A stretch of 63,177 nucleotides of DNA, filler included, from Conidiobolus incongruus B7586 (lineage: Eukaryota), in NCBI GenBank assembly GCA_000697335.1. It is 5 parts of 5 records of this genome, joined end to end, with 100 filler letters (N's around TTAATTAATTAA, not from the genome) between each part and the next. Parts side by side here need not be neighbours in the genome. Positions count along the whole stretch, not along the records: positions 19,921 to 32,059 come from JNEM01006206.1; positions 32,160 to 53,428 come from JNEM01006207.1; 3 more parts are not named here. One strand, written 5' to 3'. Position 1 is the stretch's first letter. Each line of letters opens with the position of its first letter. Below, piece after piece: positions 25,957-36,524 of this stretch. Under the pieces are notes generated by a model, which worked only from the letters and a program-made list of their open reading frames with translations, searched no databases and was not told where the DNA came from. A program made the translations under genes and the position numbers.

Positions 25957-26127
25957 ATGGCCACTATCAGTTTACAACAAATCGCACTCTTCGAAACCTT
26001 TACCATTGATCCTAAATTACGCGAACAAGAGTTCCTAGGATCAACGAGAAGCAGTCTAGAATCATCTACAAGATCTCATCAAGAAGCTGAATCCAAACGT
26101 TTTAAGCTAAAGTTTCCATGGTTTTAA
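25957..26127 (+). CDS. FTIDPK/KFPWF-family microprotein B1 (second copy), 56 aa
   Basis: Hand translation from taaaATG to TAA. TATATAAA at 25879. Confidence 0.85.
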   Translation: MATISLQQIALFETFTIDPKLREQEFLGSTRSSLESSTRSHQEAESKRFKLKFPWF

Positions 26128-26669
26128 TTTCTCTATCCTTTATTGGAATCCAATATCAAAATAATCCTTGTAAATATCATTGTAAAACATTTTCTAAACA
26201 TGCATCTAGAACTCTAAATTGATTAATAAATATTATTATAAAGTCAATAATCTTTTTGTTAAAAAAGTATTTGAAAATTTTTCATTTTTTTAATATATGA
26301 ATCTTTGTTCAATTGAAAGAATAAAATGATTAATATATCTAATAATGAATCGATATAAGGATTCATTTTATAATAAAAATTGCTATAAGCCAACAAATAC
26401 ACATTATATAGAATTGTTATACAAAATAACAATAAAAACTTGTAAAGAGCAAAATAAACGTTAGAATTAAATTATTGGGGCTTTTAAATAGGGTTAAAAT
26501 TGCTTGTATAGTAATGTACTATTCTGGTTGCAAAGTTAAAAATGTTATTGATTAAAGTTTGAAAAGAAGGTATTGAAATAATTTAATAATGAAATTTAAA
26601 TTGTTAATCGTATGTATTTGTTATAATTTTGAATAACCATTAAAGTCATTGAAGGTATTTATTTAGTGT

Positions 26670-26741
26670 GCTCCGCTGGTGTAATGGTTAGCACTCAGGA
26701 CTTTGAATCCTGCGATCTGAGTTCGATTCTCAGGCAGAGCT
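26670..26741 (+). tRNA. tRNA-Gln (anticodon TTG)
   Basis: GCTCCGCTGGTGTAATGGTTAGCACTCAGGACTTTGAATCCTGCGATCTGAGTTCGATTCTCAGGCAGAGCT followed by a T-run (Pol III terminator). Confidence 0.93.
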
Positions 26742-27212
26742 TTTTTGGATTTTAAACTAAATATTATACATTTCTTTATAATAGATTTAACTAACATTTC
26801 AATATTATTCACTTTTGATACATCGTTTAATTTTATATTTTGCTTTGTGACATACTAATCTAAAACGAATCAAATAATTTTATCTTACACGTATTTCAAA
26901 TTTTAAATTTCAAATTCAATAATAATGTATTTTTTTAAATTAAATGCACTAACAACATAAGAACGTATAATAATCAATTACACATTTACTTTTACAAACA
27001 CAAAATAACCAGTGGAAGATCAAAATCGTGTAAGGTAGTATATAATTATATGATTTTTATAAAGTTGAAATAATAAAAACTATTTTAACCTAAGCCATGA
27101 TTTATAATATTAATTTTTTGTTTGCTATTTCAAATTCAATAAAAATAGAATATAATACCACAGATTACACATAAAGGGTTATATAATCATAATAATTAAC
27201 ATCCGTTTTACA

Positions 27213-27382
27213 TTAATTCCATAGGAATTTGAACTCGGTCGTTCTGGAACTTATGATAGGACTCGAGCTTATTGTAGAATCAATACTATTACAACTGGAT
27301 CCAGGGAATGTGATTTCACGTTGCTTAGAGTCAATAATCAAGTTTTCCAAAGTGTAAATTTGATATAACTAATGGTAGACAT
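27213..27382 (-). pseudogene. FTIDPK-family pseudogene A2 (second copy)
   Basis: Mirror of 4678-4847 with the same frameshift. Confidence 0.75.
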
Positions 27383-27992
27383 TTGATAATAAATTGATTA
27401 TGATGATTGATATTTGATAGGAAATCCGTGAGTGCTATCAAACTCAATATGTATTATAGTCCTTAGACTTGATTTATAATTTTCATGCGGCTGTTTAGGC
27501 TAAATGGTCATATATATTTCTAGCTTAGTTTCCTTAATCTTTCAATAGCGATTAAATTCACTGCTTCTAGTATCACACTACAACCTTATTTGACACAGGT
27601 CATTTTGATTAGAAGCGTTAATAGTGATGAAACAAGAAACATGGCTGAGTTTTTAAAGTTTAGTATAGGTAAGAATATAGAGCAAACTTGCAATTAATCG
27701 CAAAATATATAGAATATATTTAATAAACTAAAGATTGGATACATTGCGAAATCCATCTACAACAAAATCCACCTGGTTTGATGAATTTGAGGATAAATGA
27801 TTATTAAATCAAGTTCATTTGTTAAAATTTTCAATGAGTGATTTTCCAAAGCATGGGCTTTAGAATTCACTTCTAAATATAAAGTCTTAATCATCAATTT
27901 CTGGATTATTTTCAAAATGTAATTTTCAATTTTGAAGAACATTGATTGTATAATTTGTAAAATTTAAAATTGGTTGATAATTTTTCATATTA

Positions 27993-30801
27993 TTACTATA
28001 AAATTAAATATTAGGAAATTTTTTAATTACTGATTCTTTAAATATATTATTGGTTTCAGAAAATAATATATAAAAAGCAAATAGGAAAATAAATAATTTT
28101 AAACTATATTAATTATATATATATTTATCAAAAATTAACTTTTGCAAATTTATTATAAAATTTGATCTTAAATTAAGTAGTGATTATTAGAATTTTTTAT
28201 TTTAATATTAGTAATACTTAAGCATAAATTATTTAAAATCATTTAAAATCTACAAACAGCTTTTGAAAATGATTTTTTATTTGAATTAAGTATATATTAT
28301 GGAGTAAATTATTTTATACCCAGAAGAAAAACTATATAAAATATTAAAATTTAGAAAATTAATTTCAATGATTATTTTTTGAATTATTAATAAAATAAAA
28401 CAATATTTTAATAAACAGCCTTTTATTTCAACTAAAAAACTATTAAAATAATCTAATATTAGTTATATATATATAATATATATATTAGCCTACAAAAGTG
28501 AGTCATAAAATTAAAATTACTTATATATTTACCTATATCTTAAATAATTCTTAATTAAATGAATTTAAATTAAAATATATAATTTACCTATATTATTTAA
28601 TTATAACTAATTATATTTGATTATATTTCATTAATTATTGGTTAATATATCAAAACCTAAAATTTAACTAAGATGAGTTATAAATTTATAGATTTATAGG
28701 TTAAAAAAATATAAATAATAAAACTTATATATATTTTCTTTTTTTTGTTATATTATATATATTATAAAACTATTTAGTTAATATTTTAAAATTAATATTA
28801 TAATATTTAAATCTCTCTTTAAAAAAGTTAATTTACATATTAATTAACTTTATAATAAAATAAATTAACTTATAAGATTATTAATATTATTAATATTATT
28901 TAATCTATTATAATTAAGGTTATTAAAAACAATGTAAAAAAACACTTAAACTAAAACTTAAGTATATTAAAATTATAGATAAATATGATAAAAAGTATAT
29001 TTATAAATTAATTAATATAAGTAAGTATAATATTTTTATAAAAGTATAAAAAGAATTATAAGAATATATAAGAATATAAGTTAATAAAGATAATATTATA
29101 TATTTTTTATATTAAAATAAATATTACTTATATTTTAAAAAAAACATCTTTAATTAATAAAGTCCCATTATAAAACTAAACAAATGTTTAAATATCACCA
29201 CTAAAGTTAAATTAAAATTAATTTAAATAAGGTTATTTAATTTAATAAAATTAAGATATATTATAATAAATTCAATAAAAAAACTAAATATTTCAAAAAA
29301 AATAAGAAATTACTTTATGAGTATTATATTATTATATCTTAAAACATAATAGTAAGTTAATTATAATTTAAGGATATATATTATCTTTAAGTATAAAATA
29401 TCCTTATGAAGTTAATAATAGAATTAATATAAAAATATATTAAAAATATTTTAAATAATAAATTGAAAAAAATTATTAAATAATATAAGTTAAATAAATG
29501 AAATATTATTTTTTAATAAAATAATACCTTATGTTATATAATAAACTTTATTATTAATTAGCTTAAAAATAACAAAATAACTATTATAAAATAACCTCTT
29601 TAATTTTTTAATTTTAACTTAATTAAATATTTTTAAAATTAATTAAAAAAATTAATTAAAGCTTTCCCCCTAATAAAAAATATAAACAAACTATAAGAGT
29701 ATATTTAAAATGCTTAGAATAATACTAGTTTTACTTAATATAAGAAGCTAGTTAACTTTATATCTTATAAACTCAGAGAGGTTAAAAAACAAAAGATAAA
29801 TATATTAGATATCAATTTTTCTATCAATATTAAAACTTACAAATTTATAACTTATCTTAAGTATTATTTTAGTTTTAATATATAAATTAACAATTAACTA
29901 AATTTAACTTTCTATATTATATTATAAATAAAAAATATATATTAATTACATAGCTTAATATAAGTTTATTTAAATTAAAATTAATTAAGATATTAATAGA
30001 AATATTTATATTTTTAATTTTATAACTCACTTTTATAGGTTAGTATATATATTAAAGTTTAAGCTTAAATTAATTAACAAAAATATACAATTAATACCTT
30101 ATGATCTAACTTAAATATAAAAAAAGTTAAAATAGTTATAATTAAACAAAACTCACTAAGGTATAACTAAAGACCAAAACTTCTATAATAAATTATTATT
30201 ATAAATATATTATATAACTTTTTTTATAATTTTTAATAAAATATTAATTAAAATATCAAGCTAAAATAATTATTTTCAAATTACAAAAAATAAATATTTG
30301 GTTTAGAAGCATATAGAATATTATAGTATATTATTATATTATATACAATTCTTATTTAGTTTTTATTCAAAAATTATTTAACTTTAAATTTTATATCTTT
30401 TTATTATATAATTATTAATTAGTGTTCTTAATATTACATAAAGATATCTATAATTCTATATAATAAGTATAAAATTTATAAAATTATAAAAAATTACCAT
30501 AACTAGTGTACTTATTATAATATAATTAATATAACTATTTTTGATTTAAATAATTAAAAATCATCTTTTAAAAAAGAAAATTTCCACAAAACAATTTGTT
30601 TAATTTATAAAATAATAAATTTCAACCCTTAATAAAAAGAATTTTTTGTTAAGTGTTAAAGGCTTAACAAAGAATTAATAAAATATTATTAATATTAAAG
30701 AAGAGTATTGATTTTAATATATATATATATCTGTAACTTATATATTAAAATGTTTATTTTTTCAATCTCAAAAAATTGTCATTGTTTAAAATTTAGAGTA
30801 A
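27993..30801 (+). mobile_element. Decayed mariner element with nested Tc1 (second copy)
   Basis: Mirror of 1259-4067. Confidence 0.8.
28483..30045 (+). mobile_element. Decayed Tc1-like (DD34E) transposon (second copy)
   Basis: TIR pair. Catalytic D codon at 29520 and E codon at 29625 (34 residues between) after reverting transitions. Downstream relic resembles the Tc1 LW...AW...KLVxSMPxRL...KG..TxY C-terminus. Confidence 0.85.
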
Positions 30802-31191
30802 TATTAGAATTTCAGAATTATAGTAGTATTATTCAAAGATTAAAATATAATTGAAATAATTTGCATTTTAAAAAACACCATTGCTTAATTTCAAACCTGG
30901 TAAACAGAAACCATATATCCATAAGCATGCAACTATTCTATAATTATGGTTATTTAAAGTTAATAATATATCAATATTGGTTAAAGTCCTAATAATTCAA
31001 ATTTCAAATACTATTCTATATCAATAAAATTACTATATTTTTTTTATTGAAATTGGGAATATTTAATTAAAAATATAAAATATTGGATGATATTAATTCA
31101 AATTTATTAACTAAAAATACAAGGTGTAATATACATAAAATGATTTGCAAATCATGAGTATTGGACGATTGTTAAAAGATGCCTTGATAGG

Positions 31192-31365
31192 TTAAAACCA
31201 AGGAAACTTAAATTTTGACTTTGATTTCTTGGATCCATTTGTAGAGGTTGAGCTCGTAGAGTCAATACTGTTTCGACCAGCTCGAGGGAATGTAATTTCA
31301 CGTTGCTTGGGGTCAATGGTGAAGTTTTCCAGAGTAGCAATTTGTTGTAAACTGATAGCAGGCAT
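31192..31365 (-). CDS. FTIDPK/KFPWF-family microprotein A1 (second copy), 57 aa
   Basis: Mirror of 695-868. Confidence 0.85.
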   Translation of the reverse strand: MPAISLQQIATLENFTIDPKQREITFPRAGRNSIDSTSSTSTNGSKKSKSKFKFPWF

Positions 31366-32059
31366 TTTGTGATTAGTTATTAGAGATCGATAATTTGTTA
31401 TTTGATGATTTGGTGAATGTCACCAAGGCCTTTAAATATTAGTTTCGAATCAAGCATAATTACTAATTTACTAGCCACTATTCAAGCTTAATAAACATAT
31501 ATGGTAATAAATTTGATATAATTTATCCTAAAGCTCAGCTGCTCAGTCAATTTTATTCATGCTACTTACGCATATTTTTTTACGCAGATTAATTGTAACT
31601 TTAAATGGTTATTTGAAACCAGAATTTCAATTAAATTTTTAATGAATTGCGGGACGGGTAATAAAGGGCAATTCTTTTCAATTATTACTAATTCAGGTAG
31701 AAAAATGCAGTCCACAATTTCTTAATTCATTGTCAAGTTTATTGGATCCATCTCAGCTTAGCTTAGAATTAAATCAACTTACTTGTTGATATTTTACAGG
31801 TTTTAACAACCAATATATGTTTAGTGTAATATATTTCTGAGATCATCGAATATTATAGTGAGTTTATATAAATAATCATTTTTATTCATTATATTCTAGT
31901 GAAATATTTTCAACATCATTAACTATATTATACTGTATATATTAAGGTTCATATTATTATGATCTGTTGAGATGATATAAAATTATCACCTAATAGATGT
32001 ACTTGATGGTAAAATAAAATATTAGCTATTTTAAATATTCCTTTTACCATTGATAATAA

Positions 32060-32159
32060 NNNNNNNNNNNNNNNNNNNNNNNNNNNNNNNNNNNNNNNNN
32101 NNNTTAATTAATTAANNNNNNNNNNNNNNNNNNNNNNNNNNNNNNNNNNNNNNNNNNNN
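32060..32159. other. Assembly gap with linker
   Basis: N-run with TTAATTAATTAA. Confidence 0.97.
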
Positions 32160-33366
32160 TATAATCATAATAAATTTTATACTCAATTAAGATACAATAT
32201 TAAATATTAGATATATTATTTATATCTTTATTAATTGATTTTATTATATGTCAAATTGAATATTAATATTATAATTATTAAATATATATATATATATATA
32301 TATTTTATAAGAATTATATTAGCTTTATAATAAATAACCAAATTTATTTTAAATGATGATTAAACTTTAAATAATTTTTGAAATATTGATTCAAAAAAAG
32401 TAATATACATAAAATATATTTTGATCTATTAAATCGAAAAATAAGATAATAAAATAATATGCAAATATTAAAATTTTACGTACAATATAAACAAAATATA
32501 CCATCAAATTTTGTTCTTTATTTTAAACTTCATATATTATGAGTGAAAATTGATTCAAACATATTATAAATAATCAGATCAATATTCCAAAATCCAAAAC
32601 TCCATCTTTCTAAATAAGACAATGAATCATTAAGAAAACAATGCAAAAATTCCAATTTAAGAATAGTTAAAATCTTTATAATAACCTAATATTAGGAATA
32701 GAATAAGAGACTATAATTAATGTGAAAAATTATCAACCCACTTGATAGCTAAAAATATTGAATATTAATCACCATAAATAATCAATCTGAACATGCTGTG
32801 ATCATATATTTTTTCATATCTCAAAAACTAAATACAAGATATCGTGCTAATTTTGATATTATGATATATTCGAATTTAACCTGAAAAAACACTTTAGAAG
32901 TTCAATTCTTTGTATAAGAATAAAAAAAGTTGTAAAAAAAATAAAATGAACTTGCTGTAAATAGATTTTAGGATGTAGGGGAATTGATAAATTGTGGAAA
33001 AAGATTAAAATGAGTCATAATATTAATGATTAATTTTTGTATTTTAGAATTGACTATAATTAGGATAATAAACACATATATACTATTCAAAATTTATATA
33101 AAATTTCAACTTAAAATAAATTAATTATTACTTTAATAAAATAAATTTTTAAAAATCTAAAAAAAATCAATTTGATATATATATATATATATAAAGATTA
33201 ATATCAAATTAGTTATTATAATTTTTGATTTTTAAATAAATTTAAATTATTATTATTATTAAAAGAAAGTTTAATTAAGGAGTATGTCACAGGGCTCATT
33301 CTAAATCATGCAAAATGAAATATAAAATGATGGATCAGTAAATGAAATATACTAACTATAATTACA

Positions 33367-34375
33367 ATGGATTTATTAAATAAAGAAATTACTTTGGATT
33401 CATTAAGAGATACTTTAGTGAGATTAGAAGACACAATCACTTTTGGTAAATATATAAAGTATATCATTATTACTTACTGACTTATAAGTTTAGCTTTTAT
33501 TGAAAGAGCTCAATTTTGTACGAACCAAAAGATTTATGAACCTGGAGCACTAACTTTTAACACTGGCTTTAACGGTACTTTCTTAGAATATTTTTTACAT
33601 GAAGTAGAGACAGTACATGGTAATTTAAATCTATAGTTTTATTCACTATTAATTAATAATTTTTATTAGCTAAAGTTCGTAGATATACCAGGTTCAAAAA
33701 ATATATAATATTTGATAATTCTTTAATTAATTAATATTTTTTAGTCCTGATGAATATCCTTTCACTAAAAATCTACCTAATCCCGTTATCCCTGAGTTAA
33801 ATTGGCCTATTTATTTAAAAGAAAATGATATTAATTTAAACCCAAAATTATATAAAATTTATGTTGAAAAAATAGTTCCTGCTATTACCAAACCAGGAGA
33901 TGATCAAAACTATGGTACGTCAGCCACAAGAGATGTAGAAGTATTACAAGCTCTTTCAAAACGTATTCATTATGGTATGTATATATATATATATATACTT
34001 AGTAATGTGATTGGTTTTGATTCTAGTTATTATATAGGAAAATTTATCGCTGAAGCCAAGTTTAGAGATCCTAAATTGCAGCCTAAGTATATCGAGTTGA
34101 TTAAAAACAAGGATAGTTTAGGAATAGAAAAGCTATTGACGAATACTGCTGTTGAAGAGAAGCTGCTTAAACGATTGGTTAAGAAGGCAACTATCTATGG
34201 TGGCGAAATCGACGACGATGACACCAATGCTAACGTCACTTCTAATTCTACAGATTGCCAATCTAACCGTCTTAAAATCCAACCAAATGTTGTGTCTGAA
34301 GTATACAAAGAATACATCATTCCACTGACCAAAGAGGTTGAAGTTGAATATCTGTTGAAACGCTTGGATGAATAA
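33367..34375 (+). CDS. ARO7: Chorismate mutase (eukaryotic AroQ type), 5 exons
   Basis: Spliced translation MDLLNKEITLDSLRDTLVRLEDTITF/AFIERAQF...VH/AKVRRYT/SPDEYPF...NYGTSATRDVEVLQALSKRIHY/GKFIAEAKF...IIPLTKEVEVEYLLKRLDE parallels yeast Aro7p. Four short GT-AG introns. Confidence 0.95.
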
Positions 34376-35822
34376 TTTGATACTTGAATCACTAGCACTA
34401 TTAATTAATGGCCAATTATCATTTCTCTATTTTATCCTAAGTATGATAAATATAGATTTGATTTTGATCTTTCCAAAATTCTATTTTTGATTTAATCAAT
34501 GAAGAATCTTTGAGATATTCTTGGATGATAAGAGTTATTTAAATATTTTTGATGTTACATCAATGTAATTTTGATAGTTATTTTTCCATTCAAGTTATTA
34601 TTCATGTATTACACACTAATATATCCATTCATTGACTGTTATTTCAAGTGATTATAATGTATAGAATTTCATATTATTCCCGATTCAATATTTTATTATA
34701 AATCAAATTAAGAGTAATCCAAAGCAATGATAATCTGAAGAGTATATATATTTTAACTACCAAATTATGGATAATATCTGAATCAACTGATAAAACATAC
34801 AAAAATGACCTACTAATCCAAAATTTATTACATCAGTTGATGAATATTCGACTATTTTCCCTATTTAATAATAAAACCTGAATTTATTCAAATGATTGGT
34901 AAAACAATAAATTAACAAAATATTATGAATATGATTCAATATTTAATATTAAAAAATCAACTCCTGAAACTTTAAAATTATTATAATGTCTTAATTCAAT
35001 ATATGCTATCAATGAATTGTAAGTTTATGAATCACTCCCATATTAATTATGATCAATATAATTATCATAATTATTGCTATCATAAACTAGGATAAATATA
35101 AATAGAATAATATTTTAATGTATATTGGCAAATCAAATAACTATAAAATTATATTTGTGAAATGTGAATTTTTATATTTGGAAAGAGAAAAAGCTTTGAT
35201 TTTAAAATAATTAATTTTTATATAAATAATTTTAAATTGGACCATAATTTCAAATATGAAAAAAATAAATATATATAGATCTTTTACTATATACTAAAAT
35301 AAATATTGATTTAAGTGATTTTGAGAAAGGATATTCAAGAGAATAATTTATGTATTATTGATATATTAAATAAAAACACTGAAATCAATTAGATCAACTA
35401 TTCATATATAATATATGAATTAATTAATATTTAATGCTGATAAGCGAATTAAAGGTACTTTGAAATGGATGAGGGATAACAAAATGAGTCAATTGATGTG
35501 TGGATTTCTTTTAAATTATACTTAAATACTAAAACCTACTCTAAATACAAAATAAATTATTTTATCAAATGAGTAATTTCAATTATCAACATTATAACAT
35601 GAGGAAATAATTTCGAAAGAATAAAACTAATGTGAAAATCAGATTGTTATTCAGTGTTTTGATTAGTACTAACAATCATCTAACAGTGTGATAAAGTATG
35701 AATAGTATATTAAATATATTTACTTTTATTTGATTTGATTTGAACAATAAATACATAATTAATTGGGATTTGAATTTTGAATATATTACAAGTAGGGTTG
35801 GGAAAAATATACGATGATATGA

Positions 35823-36524
35823 TTATAGCGTTGATGAAGTGGGCTGGGAAGCTGTTGAATTAGAAGCTGCAGCAGCAAGAGCAAGTGCTTTGCATCGTTG
35901 AGTGAGTCGCTGACATCTGGGACTATTGCAATGACGCTTGAATATGTCTTGGCGAGAGAAGCTACGCCTGCATGGCTCGCATTTATAAGGCTTCAATCCA
36001 GTGTGAAGATAAGCATGGCGGCGAAGACTATTCTTCCTTCCAAAGGCTTTATCACACTGATCACACTTGTATTGAAGGGCAAGTTTTGAGGCGGGTGCTG
36101 AAGGAGTAGAAATGGGCTGGGAAGGGGTGAGAGCTGGATTAGATTTTGCTTTAGCAATGGGAATAGGGGCAGCTAAGGGGAGGGGAGGGCTGGGCATGCT
36201 CCATGGAACAGATGCCATTGGGAGATAGTCTGCTGTTGTGGTGACAGGATGCCAGCCCATTGAGGCAGGGACAGGGGTATGAGGTACCCAAGTGGAAATG
36301 GGAAAATATGAGGATGGGTTAGAGTAGGGCGAGAGATCAGAGAAAGGCACAGCCGGAGGTGTAGATAATGGATGCTCGTAAGGAGAGTGAGCAATAGGCA
36401 TGGCAATAGACATGGGGGTGTGTTGGTGGTGATATGTGGGTTGATATTCAGCAAAGTTCATGATGGGATGCTGGGGTGCAGAGGTGGAAGCGGTTGTATA
36501 TGAATAGTGTTGATAAGTCATCAT
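35823..36524 (-). CDS. Two-finger C2H2 zinc-finger transcription factor (233 aa from first ATG)
   Basis: CDQCDKAFGRKNSLRRHAYLH-TGLKPY-KCEPCRRSFSRQDIFKRHCNSPRC. Pro/Ser-rich N-terminus. The track start at 36554 is a TTG. Confidence 0.9.
   Translation of the reverse strand: MMTYQHYSYTTASTSAPQHPIMNFAEYQPTYHHQHTPMSIAMPIAHSPYEHPLSTPPAVPFSDLSPYSNPSSYFPISTWVPHTPVPASMGWHPVTTTADYLPMASVPWSMPSPPLPLAAPIPIAKAKSNPALTPSQPISTPSAPASKLALQYKCDQCDKAFGRKNSLRRHAYLHTGLKPYKCEPCRRSFSRQDIFKRHCNSPRCQRLTQRCKALALAAAASNSTASQPTSSTL

Larger units (their letters stand above)
22238..32059. repeat. Right arm of ~9.8-kb inverted duplication
   Basis: Reverse complement of 1-9822. Only two differences noticed by eye (7925/24135, 8616/23444). 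Ends exactly at an assembly gap. Confidence 0.97.

Noticed and set aside
33367..34375. ARO7 as a dedicated supplier of Phe for the Phe-rich peptides
   Set aside because: Housekeeping gene separated from the cluster by an assembly gap. Adjacency alone is not evidence.
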